Shown here: positions 1-9,105 of the stretch, piece after piece
How positions within the stretch are numbered: position 1 is the first letter of the stretch
Layout of the letters: the number at the start of each line of letters is the position of its first letter
Virus record (IMG/VR): IMGVR_UViG_3300031993_000016
Origin: a virus
Lineage: Duplodnaviria > Caudoviricetes
Length of the DNA: 64,000 nucleotides
Strand: one strand, 5' to 3'
Program-made: the position numbers and the translations under genes
Notes under the pieces: model-generated
Seen by the model: the letters and a program-made list of their open reading frames with translations, nothing else
The model's database searches: none
Told to the model about the DNA's origin: nothing

Positions 1-204
1 GATGTCAAAATCAAGTGCATAAAATTGTCTAAGCTGGCTCTCTAAAAACTTCTGTATAGGGTCAAGCACTTTACGTTCAGCTTCTCTTAATGCAGATTGG
101 TGTTCTTTATATCTAGCATCATAAGCAGCTTTATCCGCATCATACTGTGCTTTTCGCTTGAGTATATCATCTTTCTTACTAGCTGTAATCTTTGTGATTT
201 TCAA
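1..204 (-). CDS. Hypothetical protein, runs off window edge; starts MKITKITAS
   Basis: Not in ORF track. TTG start at 204 with GGAGGT RBS; open for 68 codons to the window edge (MKITKITASKKDDILKRKAQYDADKAAY...). Confidence 0.7.
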   Translation of the reverse strand, partial: MKITKITASKKDDILKRKAQYDADKAAYDARYKEHQSALREAERKVLDPIQKFLESQLRQFYALDFDI

Positions 205-224
205 CTTTGTTACCTCCTATATAA

Positions 225-320
225 CTATTTGATCTTCTTTATCTCATCAGGTGAAAATATTAATGTAGTAACAGGATCATTATACATTGCTACATAATAA
301 TAGTCACCGTCAAAATCTTT
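225..320 (-). pseudogene. 3' fragment of a small gene interrupted by the IscB element
   Basis: Startless open frame KDFDGDYYYVAMYNDPVTTLIFSPDEIKKIK* begins just beyond the IscB right-end hairpin. Confidence 0.5.
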
Positions 321-379
321 AAAATGCTGTCGCAAGAACTCCCCGACTCTTTAGAGTCGTGGGATGAATTGCGACCTTG

Positions 380-1663
380 TTATGTTGTCATGGGTATGTA
401 TTGCCAATTATTGTTATGACAAAGCAAATGTAAATTAGCAATACCAACCTGTTTATAAGATTTACTTGGCAAAGTAATATAATTGTTTTCTGCGTCCTTG
501 ATATATGCTCCACCAGAGGTAAATCCTGTAATATACCCTATCTTGTCTAATACTGATACTTTATCATTTAGATAGAAACCTTTGTAAAATGGTGTATTCT
601 TACTATTACGTTTAGCGGTACGATTAGGCTCTTTTCTCCCTTTACGAGCAGTAGCTTCGTGTAAAGACCTCTTCTTTTTGCGGAATTGCCTTATAAGCAA
701 CCATTCGTTAGGATTTTCTTTTATAGTTTCTATACCACTTATTACAATAGCGTCATTGTAATGAGTTTTCTCTAAACCTAACTCTTTACGCCTTGGTGTG
801 GTTACAGAACCATAAGTAATCTCCGCATTTGGATACTTTGCAAAAATCCTTTTACGCAAGGAGTTCATAAATGGCGGTTCTTTATACTGTTTTACCTTTT
901 TGTGTTCTTCTTGCCATTTATATAAGATACCACCCTTCTTATGATTATCAGAAGTGTGACAATCCGTACATACAGTAATAAGATTGTCCACTCTGTCTGT
1001 ACCGCCATTACTGCGATAGATTATGTGATGTGTCTGCAAAATCTTATCTTTTGATTTACCACAAACCTGACAAGTGTAATTATCTCTTGCAAAAACAAAG
1101 TATCTTTCGTCATAAAAGCCGTAAGTCTGCCCCTGCTGATAATCTACTCCTTGTATGTCGGGATTTATCATTTTCGCTGTATCAAATTTACCAACTTCTA
1201 TATGCAATTCTGCATTTGGTACAAGACTATTAAAAGTATTTATCCACCTAAAATGTTTGTCTATTCTGCTTTGTAAACTCGGCGGCAACCACTTTTCAGA
1301 TTTCTTGCGATTAAGAAATCTTGGCTTGCGATACCTTATTTTGCGGTTTCTACGGCTCCTGCGATAAATACGCTTTGTATCTATGTTTGAAGATATATCT
1401 TGCCTTAACTCGATTTCAGCCTTATACAAAACCTTATCCTCGGACGTAATAGCAAGGCCTATGTGTTTTGCACCAGTGTCTACGCCTATATTTACGTCTT
1501 GTTTGTTTTCTCCCGTAGGATAATCAAGCTGTATCGTAAAAGGGTTGTATTTTACGATTTTGGCTTTTTTCTCTTTTAGAAGAATACGTGCTTTCCTCTG
1601 AGTGGTAGGCATTAACGGCTCACCTCTCATATTGAGTACGAATACTCTGTTGCCATTACTCAT
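380..1663 (-). CDS. iscB: IscB RNA-guided endonuclease (PLMP, split RuvC, HNH)
   Basis: PLMP motif, RuvC-I GVDTG, Arg-rich bridge helix RRSRRNRK, RuvC-II HIEVGKFD, HNH QTHHII...NLITVCTDCH, RuvC-III HYNDA; probable start MSNGNRVFVL at 1663 rather than 1732. Confidence 0.95.
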   Translation of the reverse strand: MSNGNRVFVLNMRGEPLMPTTQRKARILLKEKKAKIVKYNPFTIQLDYPTGENKQDVNIGVDTGAKHIGLAITSEDKVLYKAEIELRQDISSNIDTKRIYRRSRRNRKIRYRKPRFLNRKKSEKWLPPSLQSRIDKHFRWINTFNSLVPNAELHIEVGKFDTAKMINPDIQGVDYQQGQTYGFYDERYFVFARDNYTCQVCGKSKDKILQTHHIIYRSNGGTDRVDNLITVCTDCHTSDNHKKGGILYKWQEEHKKVKQYKEPPFMNSLRKRIFAKYPNAEITYGSVTTPRRKELGLEKTHYNDAIVISGIETIKENPNEWLLIRQFRKKKRSLHEATARKGRKEPNRTAKRNSKNTPFYKGFYLNDKVSVLDKIGYITGFTSGGAYIKDAENNYITLPSKSYKQVGIANLHLLCHNNNWQYIPMTT

Positions 1664-1924
1664 AATTGTTACCTTTGATACCGACTCGCAAGTGGTATCC
1701 CTTTCGTATGAAAGTTTGTTTCCCTTCGCCAATGTTATAATCGTTTGACTGATGAGGTTGACTGTTCCTACCCAACAGAACTGTTTACAGAGCCTCCACA
1801 GTTGCTACAGACTTGGGAATCATCCGTAGGTGTGATAACGAAAATAACGTAGTTCTCGAAGAACTTAGGCTAGTCAATATGGGCTTTTGCAAGCCCCGAC
1901 TCTTTAGAGTCGTGGGTTATTGAC
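1664..1924 (-). ncRNA. IscB omegaRNA scaffold
   Basis: About 260-nt non-coding, hairpin-containing region upstream of iscB, starting GTCAATAACCCACGAC...GGGGCTTG...ATTGACTAGCCTAAG, the usual omegaRNA 5' pattern. Confidence 0.8.
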
Positions 1925-1991
1925 TATCCCAATCTCCTCGATATTTAGATGTGATAATTACTTTATTAGTAGATGTAATCACTCGTTTCAT
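1925..1991 (-). pseudogene. 5' fragment (MKRVITSTNKVIITSKYRGDWD) of the IscB-interrupted gene
   Basis: ATG overlaps the helicase stop (ATGA) with GGGAG upstream; the frame runs into the element boundary. Confidence 0.55.
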
Positions 1992-3814
1992 GAATATTCG
2001 CTCCCTAATAAGAAATCAAATAGCTCTGGGTTGTGTCTAAGATCTAGTTTACCATCTACAATGTATTTTGCTACACCCTCTTTAGTTGAAAGTACCTGTT
2101 CAACTCGATCATCTACTGTATCTTTTGTTACAAGTGTAAATACATTGACGGATTGCGTAGTACCAATACGATAGATTCTGTCCGAAGCTTGTTCCTTATC
2201 TGAAGGATTCCAAGGGCTGTCGTAAAACACAACATTTCTTGCAGCTGTAAACGTTTGAGCTGTACCAGCTGCACCGACGGTACCTAGTAGTATTTTATAC
2301 TCAGGATTTGTTTGAAACACTTTCTTGTGCTTTTCACGATCTTCTACTGACATTGTACCAGTAAATACACAAGTTTTGTATTTCTTTGTGATGAACTTAT
2401 ATAAGGTTCTGAGTGGTTCTACCCAATTAGAAAATACAACTACTTTCTCACCACGTTCGTCTGCTTCATCTAATAGCTCAAGCAAACGTTGTAACTTAGC
2501 ATTCTTCTTAAGATAATTAGGATCGTCTGCGGATAATGTGTTATCAATTAATTCTGGAGATCCATTTACTTGTCGAAGTCGTAAGAATTTTGCCATAGGG
2601 TTTAAAGATGATATGATTTCAGTTTCTTGTTTCTTAAGCTCATCTAAGATCTTCTCATACAACTTACGCTGATATTCTGTATTTTCAACATATTCTGTGT
2701 ATTTGATTTTTGGAGGTAGATCCAAAACTTCTTCTTTAGTTCTGCGAATCATGTTTTTCTCTAGTATGCCTTTTAAATATGGAATATTCTTATATCCAAT
2801 AACTTCATGATCACCGAATCCACCATATATACAGAAAGACTGACACCACTTATAGTATGATGTAAAATCATGACCATCTACTAATTTTAACGGTGTATAT
2901 ACATCAATTGGCTGTTTAGTAATTGGTGTACCGGTCATAGGAATCCACATAGCTTTATCGCCTGTTTTCTTCTTTATTTCAAGTATCTGCTTTCCTTGCT
3001 GACTAGTAGGTGATAGGCCTTTATGTACTTCGTCTGCGATTATCATATTCAATTCACCTGCATTAATCAATTCAATCAATCGCTGTGTGATCAGGTAGTT
3101 TCTACCTTCTTTATATCGAAGTGCTTCTACATTGAGTATCAAGAAGTATGGGACTTCTTCCCCATCTAAGTCGTTATACTTCATACCAGATAGCAGATCT
3201 TCATATTTTGCCTTGCTACCATTTTCATATTTCTCTGACCCATCACGTCGTAATCGTGTACCTAGCACATAAGGTATCTCTCTACCTCGTGTATGCTGTT
3301 TTATATCATCTTGCCAGTTGAATTTAGCACTATTTATGCAACATAGCACAAGGCAATGTTTAAATTTGTTTTGCACTTTGTTGTATAGTGCAAGATTTGT
3401 AGACATCACAGATTTTCCAGTGCCCATCTCGTCTGCACATATGAATCCATGCATATTACCTTTGATTTGCCTATCAATTGCCCATTTCATGAAATCTAAT
3501 TGATGTTTGTACGGCGTTGCACCTTCTTTTACATAAAACGGAATACTAGAAATATCTATATCAGGTATTTTAGTAGTACTGCCTAATTCTTCATTTTGAT
3601 TGATATTTTCATCAGAATGTATCTTAACTAACGGTTCGTATTTTGTACCTTTGAATTCATTAATAAAAAATCCAAGTCGATCCACAGGTATAGTCCACAT
3701 TTTAGCTTCGGGACTCCAGCGTCGACCTGGAACATTTTTCAGTGTATTTATTATACCTGTATCATATGGAAAAGTTATTTCATAGACCTCCCCATTCTGT
3801 ATAACATTTATCAT
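1988..3814 (-). CDS. SNF2-family helicase/ATPase with HARP-like N-terminus
   Basis: ADEMGTGKS, DEVH, MTGTP, WNPS..EQASDRIYRIG motifs; probable start MINVIQ at 3814 with AGGAG RBS. Confidence 0.92.
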   Translation of the reverse strand: MINVIQNGEVYEITFPYDTGIINTLKNVPGRRWSPEAKMWTIPVDRLGFFINEFKGTKYEPLVKIHSDENINQNEELGSTTKIPDIDISSIPFYVKEGATPYKHQLDFMKWAIDRQIKGNMHGFICADEMGTGKSVMSTNLALYNKVQNKFKHCLVLCCINSAKFNWQDDIKQHTRGREIPYVLGTRLRRDGSEKYENGSKAKYEDLLSGMKYNDLDGEEVPYFLILNVEALRYKEGRNYLITQRLIELINAGELNMIIADEVHKGLSPTSQQGKQILEIKKKTGDKAMWIPMTGTPITKQPIDVYTPLKLVDGHDFTSYYKWCQSFCIYGGFGDHEVIGYKNIPYLKGILEKNMIRRTKEEVLDLPPKIKYTEYVENTEYQRKLYEKILDELKKQETEIISSLNPMAKFLRLRQVNGSPELIDNTLSADDPNYLKKNAKLQRLLELLDEADERGEKVVVFSNWVEPLRTLYKFITKKYKTCVFTGTMSVEDREKHKKVFQTNPEYKILLGTVGAAGTAQTFTAARNVVFYDSPWNPSDKEQASDRIYRIGTTQSVNVFTLVTKDTVDDRVEQVLSTKEGVAKYIVDGKLDLRHNPELFDFLLGSEYS

Positions 3815-3824
3815 GCTACAACTC

Positions 3825-4145
3825 CTAGATGTATCCCATAGAAATAAGCTGTTCTTTGAATATGTCTTTCTCATAGCTGTCTAACATGTAGTATTCGGCT
3901 TCGGTTCCATGAAGTCCATAAACTATTATTTCTAATTCGTTTGCGATGCTTCCGGTAACTTTGTTATATGTTGCAGCTATGTGCTTAATTTCGGTAGTGT
4001 TTGGTAATCCGAACAACTTTCTACCGGCAAGCTGATCATATCCAACAGCCATTAGGATTGTATTGTCTACATTGTCCTTAACTCTCCAAGGGCCTACGAA
4101 ATTTTCTTCTTTCAAATGATTTGTATATATTGTATTTGATTGCAT
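3825..4145 (-). CDS. Hypothetical protein
   Basis: Start MQSNTIY at 4145 has a GGAGGTG RBS and a TCGTTATA motif upstream. Confidence 0.75.
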   Translation of the reverse strand: MQSNTIYTNHLKEENFVGPWRVKDNVDNTILMAVGYDQLAGRKLFGLPNTTEIKHIAATYNKVTGSIANELEIIVYGLHGTEAEYYMLDSYEKDIFKEQLISMGYI

Positions 4146-4185
4146 TGACCGCACCTCCAAATCTTGATATGTAGTATAACGATTT

Positions 4186-4293
4186 TTAGTTGTCTGACTC
4201 CCAAGGAAATACAATCCATTTATTATCTTTAGTAGCCCAACAGTAATCTGGATGTTTGTCTGCATGAATGTTGTGTACGATGGTTATTATGTG
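4186..4293 (-). pseudogene. C-terminal remnant of a purine phosphoribosyltransferase-like gene
   Basis: Frame HIITIVHNIHADKHPDYCWATKDNKWIVFPWESDN* carries the PDY...WIVFPWE C-terminal signature of type I PRTases; abuts the TnpB 3' region. Confidence 0.55.
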
Positions 4294-4396
4294 AGGCTCT
4301 GTCACACCTAATGGTTGATTTTGAGGAAAAACTAAAAGGTCTGTTCGACCATCTAATCTCCTGTGGGGTGAGCCTACTCCCTATACCTAATCTAAC
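4290..4396 (-). ncRNA. Putative TnpB right-end/reRNA region
   Basis: GC-richer non-coding stretch directly after the tnpB stop, ending near TCAA/TCAC tetramers; boundary uncertain. Confidence 0.45.
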
Positions 4397-5740
4397 TTAG
4401 GCTACATTTAACTGCGTTACTTTTTCGTTCAAGTATACGGGTGAGTTAACTTTTGCCTTCTTCATTATCTGGTAAGAAGCATTGACATCTGCATTTATCA
4501 AGACCCCTGTGTTACTTTGAAACTGTCCTCGGCTAACTCGTCTTTGAGGATTGTAATTTGATTGTATAGGCTGTTCGTTATCAAGATAAGAAGTTCCGCT
4601 TGTATAACTTTCTTCAACAACTGTTACCGCAATACCTAATCTTTCTGCTTTGTATTGTATCTTTTGTATCAAGTTATGAAAAGGTATGCTTACGAAAGTC
4701 TGGTTTGTTTTCTTACCCATATCAACATTCTGTTTCCAACCTTTGTTGTTACCTATTACAATCGTGTCTATATCATACTTTTCTGCAAGAGCTATGATTT
4801 TTGCACTTGCTTTATGCAGACAGTCAGCAACTTTATTGTTTCGTTTGTCTGTCAATCTGTATAAACGCATAGTGTTGAATGTATCATTCATAGTCTTTGC
4901 CGTTTCCTGTAAGTATGCTTTCTTTTTGTTGTAGTAATGGTTAATGCTTTTAAGTGGTCCGCCGTTAATGATAACTGGCTGCATTTCTGTATTGCTTGTA
5001 AGTGTTGCAAGATTGTCTACACCTAAGTCAATACCCATTACTCTGTTTTTCTTTTGTTTAGGCTTTACATCAGGTACTTCGTATGCGATTTCAAAATCTA
5101 TTGCATTAGGTTTTGTAACTACCCTAACTTGATTGATTTTTGTCGCATACCTTACTTTGAAATGTAAGTTTAGTTTCTCCAAAAACTTCGGTTTTATATG
5201 AATTGTTCCGTCATTTTCAACCTCTGTCTGTTGACCTGTGATGATTAAAGCATTTCTTCCTGTGTTCTTGTCGTAATATTTAGGCGGTTTTGGTCTGCCT
5301 AACATATTTTTGTTACCTTTCTTATATGCCTTCATACCCTCATAATATGCTTTCCAATTCTGGCAAAGTTTTATTACGCATTGTTGAGCCGAAACCGCAT
5401 AAGGCATTTCCTTATAGTCAAATGTATCTTTCAAGAACGGAAGTAAGAAGAAGTGGTTTGCTACAAAACCGTTGTTTTCGTCAATGTAGTTCATTAGTTT
5501 CTTGCCTTTATTATCATTAAAGGCTTTTATACCACAATTTACCCTGTATATGAGAGACTTTTCCCAACTTTCAAGTATTTCGCCTTGTTTTAACTTGTAA
5601 CTGATACGGCTGCATTGTGTAATTAGATAGTTTGCTGAATTGTAGAGGTTTTTAGATTTGTAGCAGAAATCATCAATGGTTTTGTATAGTTCTTTCGTTT
5701 TTGGTTTTCGTTTTATACTATGTTTCTCTACTAATATCAA
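4397..5740 (-). CDS. tnpB: TnpB RNA-guided endonuclease, rearranged RuvC-II clade
   Basis: SKNLYN N-terminal motif, RuvC-I GIDLGVDN, IVIGNNKGWKQ, VEESYTS, RuvC-III NADVNAS; probable TTG start at 5740 with GGAGGT RBS. Confidence 0.92.
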   Translation of the reverse strand: MILVEKHSIKRKPKTKELYKTIDDFCYKSKNLYNSANYLITQCSRISYKLKQGEILESWEKSLIYRVNCGIKAFNDNKGKKLMNYIDENNGFVANHFFLLPFLKDTFDYKEMPYAVSAQQCVIKLCQNWKAYYEGMKAYKKGNKNMLGRPKPPKYYDKNTGRNALIITGQQTEVENDGTIHIKPKFLEKLNLHFKVRYATKINQVRVVTKPNAIDFEIAYEVPDVKPKQKKNRVMGIDLGVDNLATLTSNTEMQPVIINGGPLKSINHYYNKKKAYLQETAKTMNDTFNTMRLYRLTDKRNNKVADCLHKASAKIIALAEKYDIDTIVIGNNKGWKQNVDMGKKTNQTFVSIPFHNLIQKIQYKAERLGIAVTVVEESYTSGTSYLDNEQPIQSNYNPQRRVSRGQFQSNTGVLINADVNASYQIMKKAKVNSPVYLNEKVTQLNVA

Positions 5741-5776
5741 ATCTGTGTACCTCCTTCCTTTGATTTTTATTTGCAT

Positions 5777-5926
5777 TTAATCATCAGAATACCCAAAGAA
5801 GTTATCTAGGTCTCCTCCACAGAACTCCCAATCAATATCATCTATTGTGAGTGGTTCATCATCAAGAACCCCAACTTGTTCTTTATCTCTCCATTCTTTT
5901 TCAAAATTGAAATCTGGATTGCTCAT
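5777..5926 (-). CDS. 49-aa highly acidic protein
   Basis: AAGGAGG RBS; MSNPDFNFEKEWRDKEQVGVLDDEPLTIDDIDWEFCGGDLDNFFGYSDD*. Confidence 0.6.
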   Translation of the reverse strand: MSNPDFNFEKEWRDKEQVGVLDDEPLTIDDIDWEFCGGDLDNFFGYSDD

Positions 5927-5956
5927 ATAAGTGCCTCCTTCCTATTATTTGATAGG

Positions 5957-6263
5957 TTAATGAATAGTGTAATACACTATATTTTCTCTCTTTCCATTTA
6001 TTAACTGCGCTGATACTTCATAATTTGAAGATATTGCTGGTTCAAGTTTAACTTCTCTACCATAATAATACTTATACAAAGTTTCTATCGCATTTTGTGA
6101 TGTAGAACCTGACATTTCAATTTCTACTGTTCCGTATTGTGCTACAATCTGTATTTTATACTTATGTAATTTACTATTAAAAGTATTTAACTTATTGATA
6201 ACTGATGTTAGTGGTATTGCTGTACGATTACATATCGTACAGATCTACTAATGATTTCTCCAT
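5957..6263 (-). pseudogene. Frameshifted ~100-aa gene
   Basis: RBS + MEKSLVDLYDM*, then about 90 open codons in the +1 frame (NRTAIPLTSVINKLN...YYTIH*); adding one AT unit at GATATG restores a single ORF. Confidence 0.55.
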
Positions 6264-6274
6264 AATAATTCTCC

Positions 6275-6460
6275 TTATTCTGATTTGAAATTTTTACTAG
6301 ACACTACGAAACCTTTTTGAGCCGCTTCTCCAGTTGATTCCATATATCGTCGTAGTAAAATCTGTTGTTTAGCTGCTTGGATACGCTCTGCAAGTTCGTC
6401 GGTATGCTCAAATTCTATATCTGTAGCCCAGTCTGTAACTTGTATCTTATCATCATCCAT
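6275..6460 (-). CDS. Hypothetical protein
   Basis: ORF with GAGGTG RBS. Confidence 0.7.
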   Translation of the reverse strand: MDDDKIQVTDWATDIEFEHTDELAERIQAAKQQILLRRYMESTGEAAQKGFVVSSKNFKSE

Positions 6461-6475
6461 AACAACACCTCATAA

Positions 6476-6739
6476 TTACTGATTGTTCATATGGTCAGGG
6501 AAATCTTCATATACTTTCTTAGAATTTACATATCGTTTACAGAACCATCCATGCCATTTCGGCCGCTCCATATAGTTGTGTTCATGCCAGAGCATACTTT
6601 GACCCATTTTGCACTTCCAAGTATAGAATGGATGAAATGCAAGACGACACCAGAAGCAAGATTTACATGATTTCACTGCAATCACCTCCTTGTACACTAA
6701 TATGTAAGGTGATTGAAAGGTTTTGGGAGTGGTTGCCAA
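6476..6739 (-). CDS. Cys-rich small protein (start probably internal)
   Basis: CKSCFWC...C...C; an internal GGAGGTG suggests a start near 6680. Confidence 0.55.
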   Translation of the reverse strand: MATTPKTFQSPYILVYKEVIAVKSCKSCFWCRLAFHPFYTWKCKMGQSMLWHEHNYMERPKWHGWFCKRYVNSKKVYEDFPDHMNNQ

Positions 6740-6924
6740 GCAGCTACTCTAACTTGTATGCCGTTTACAAACCATCGTTCATTGAACATGTACCCAATAG
6801 TTGTTACTGCATCTTCGGCTGAATCTTCATCATCAATTGTTATAAGCACATAAGTATCTTCTTCAGGCAGTGCATCAGAAACATGTATCCAGTTGTAATC
6901 AGCAGTTTCGTTCATTAATACCAC
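6697..6924 (-). CDS. DUF551-like phage protein
   Basis: WIHVSDALPE...VAAWQPLPKP signature. Confidence 0.75.
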   Translation of the reverse strand: MVLMNETADYNWIHVSDALPEEDTYVLITIDDEDSAEDAVTTIGYMFNERWFVNGIQVRVAAWQPLPKPFNHLTY

Positions 6925-6931
6925 CTACCCC

Positions 6932-7264
6932 TCAATCCTCGGCTACCGATGCAATGTTGCTAGCATCACTCATGTACTCCTTCAAGCATTCAGTACGTTC
7001 CTTTTTTATCCAAGCGTTCTCAAGTAACGTACTTACCTGAAATCTCAAACACTTTAGCTCACATAACCAAGCAGCTAGCTGATTGTATTCTGCATACAAT
7101 GCTCTGTCATGTATCGCACCATCAGGGTTGAAATATTCTTTTGAAGCTGCAGTGCGTTTATAAGCTTCTGCTTTAGTTACATATGTTTTAATAGCTTCAT
7201 CAATAGCCACAGTATCATCTGTTTTCATCGCACTCGTAACATCCTCAATGTTTTTGTTTGTCAT
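6932..7264 (-). CDS. Hypothetical phage protein
   Basis: RBS; EYNQLAAWLCELK motif common in Firmicute phages. Confidence 0.7.
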   Translation of the reverse strand: MTNKNIEDVTSAMKTDDTVAIDEAIKTYVTKAEAYKRTAASKEYFNPDGAIHDRALYAEYNQLAAWLCELKCLRFQVSTLLENAWIKKERTECLKEYMSDASNIASVAED

Positions 7265-7285
7265 AACACCACTCCTATATGATTG

Positions 7286-7669
7286 TTAATAGTTATCATC
7301 CTGCTCATCTCTGAAGTATGATTCATCATCGCTGCCATCTTCATCTTTTTCATCATCCTCAGACTGTGCATATCGAGCATTCAAGTATTCTGATAATTCT
7401 TGTACAAATTGATCGTAACCATCATCATTTGAATCTCCTAAATCATGTAATGTTTCTAAAGATTTACTAACAGCTTCAAATAATCCGCTTACTAGCAGTA
7501 TGTTAGCTGCACCTTCAGCATTTTCATAGTCGTTAGAATTCAATTTATCCATCGTATCAAGTACCATACATTCATGGATCTTAGATGTTAGTGTAATCCA
7601 CTCCTGATAAAGATCTATACCTTTGCCCTTTATTATAAGTTTTCCTGTATTAGAATCAAAAGATATCAT
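7286..7669 (-). CDS. Hypothetical protein with acidic tail
   Basis: GAGGAGG RBS, TCGTTATA motif upstream. Confidence 0.75.
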   Translation of the reverse strand: MISFDSNTGKLIIKGKGIDLYQEWITLTSKIHECMVLDTMDKLNSNDYENAEGAANILLVSGLFEAVSKSLETLHDLGDSNDDGYDQFVQELSEYLNARYAQSEDDEKDEDGSDDESYFRDEQDDNY

Positions 7670-7710
7670 AATATGTACCTCCTCAAATGTTATAACGATT
7701 TTATGTAAAT

Positions 7711-7750
7711 AAGAAGAGGCTACACCGATGGCAAGTACAGTGTAGCCTCT
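7711..7750 (-). terminator. Intrinsic terminator after the endolysin
   Basis: AGAGGCTACAC...GTGTAGCCTCT stem followed by a T-rich tail on the minus strand. Confidence 0.7.
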
Positions 7751-7792
7751 AAATAGAAGGAAGCAAGTAAATGCTGGATACGTTAATTAGAT

Positions 7793-9088
7793 CTATGCTC
7801 TTACTTTAATCTTCTGACCGTCTTTAAATGTGATTCCGTTTAACTCAAGCAACTTATCAACTGTAAGATTGTATTTGGCTGCGATCTTTTCAATAGAATC
7901 ACCATCTTTATATGTGTAGGTGGTTTCTGGCTCTTTCAGATACTTATCTGCAACACGTTTTTCACGCTGCCCATATCCTATATAATGCATGTAATATGCT
8001 GGCCAATCATTACCAAATTTATTTTCAAGATCTGCATAATTAGCTCTATAGCATGCAGGGTTGAAGTTTTTACTAGCTTGGCGATGTTCTCTAGCTTGCA
8101 TGCCCCACTTAACAAAATGCATGATATATTTATCGAAGTTATCTCCGTATGCTTTTTTCAGATCTGGATATTTTTCTTGGTAGAATTTTCCATCATATAC
8201 TGCCGAATAGTCAACACCATCATATATTGAATACGGTACTACGTGATAATTAGCAACTCGTTTCTCTCTGATACCATTCTTGATATAGTGCTGATAATAT
8301 TTCGGTAAGTCTTCCTTAAATGCGTCTCTAAGATCGGAGTAGTTGTATTTGTAGATTCCGATGATAAATGCTTCATTGGCTTGACGACCCTCTTTCATAC
8401 CATGGCTAAGGAAATGATTGAATACACCTACCTTGTTTGGCTTACCATCTGGCTCTAATACAGCCTTAATGTCTGCATATTTCTTAATGTAGAAATTATA
8501 ATCGTATACTTTGGAGTAATCTAATCCATCTACTACAAGGTCAGGTTCAATGACTTCCTCATCATATTTGGGTCTACCATATCCGTCAATTCGACTATAA
8601 TTACGGCTGTACTTCTTATTATATACTCCGCCACCATTATCTATAACTCCAGAATCTGGTGCAGTATTACCTTCAACTGTGTATACATATATGTCGTCTA
8701 CATCAACTACAACACCTGTATGCCCTTGTTCACCATAACTGTCTAAGAAGTATATGACATCACCCTTCTGTGGATTGCTGTAATAATAAGAATTCATTTG
8801 TTTGAAGTAATAAGCAGATGTTGGACAATACGCACTCCATCCGCCTAATAACTTTTTGGCTTGATCTATACCAAATGCTTTAACAAATAGCCAATCTACA
8901 AACATATCACACCAATATACTCCATCCATATATGGTGATCCAATCCATGCAGCTAAATCACGACCGTATTTGGTATAGTTGTTAAAGCCCGCGTTTTTAG
9001 TCTTATCATCTTCATATTCTGGGGACTTCTTTTCTTTGTAACCAATTTCCGCTTTAGCGAGTTTTATAAGGTCCTTTGCATAATTCAT
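7793..9088 (-). CDS. Endolysin: CHAP domain + four cell-wall-binding repeats + LysM
   Basis: YWCDMFVDW / GHTGVV / TVEGNT catalytic motifs; Y..Y.DL..AF......HF...G..E.R repeats; C-terminal LysM (GDSIEKIAAKYNLTVDKLLELN). Confidence 0.9.
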   Translation of the reverse strand: MNYAKDLIKLAKAEIGYKEKKSPEYEDDKTKNAGFNNYTKYGRDLAAWIGSPYMDGVYWCDMFVDWLFVKAFGIDQAKKLLGGWSAYCPTSAYYFKQMNSYYYSNPQKGDVIYFLDSYGEQGHTGVVVDVDDIYVYTVEGNTAPDSGVIDNGGGVYNKKYSRNYSRIDGYGRPKYDEEVIEPDLVVDGLDYSKVYDYNFYIKKYADIKAVLEPDGKPNKVGVFNHFLSHGMKEGRQANEAFIIGIYKYNYSDLRDAFKEDLPKYYQHYIKNGIREKRVANYHVVPYSIYDGVDYSAVYDGKFYQEKYPDLKKAYGDNFDKYIMHFVKWGMQAREHRQASKNFNPACYRANYADLENKFGNDWPAYYMHYIGYGQREKRVADKYLKEPETTYTYKDGDSIEKIAAKYNLTVDKLLELNGITFKDGQKIKVRA

Positions 9089-9105
9089 ATAGCTACCTCC
9101 TTCAA

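Larger units (their letters stand above)
325..1924 (-). mobile_element. Non-autonomous IS200/IS605-superfamily IscB element (omegaRNA + iscB)
   Basis: Identical 23-bp hairpin CCCCGACTCTTTAGAGTCGTGGG at 341-363 and 1894-1916; 5' end begins GTCAATAACCC; no tnpA; 3' boundary approximate. Confidence 0.85.

Noticed and set aside
341-1916. 23-bp repeat as a CRISPR repeat or att site
   Set aside because: Only two copies, both palindromic and subterminal to IscB, as expected for IS200/605-type end hairpins
325-1924. IStron (self-splicing) rescue of the interrupted gene
   Set aside because: The non-coding part is only about 260 nt and is accounted for by the omegaRNA; no group I intron core recognised
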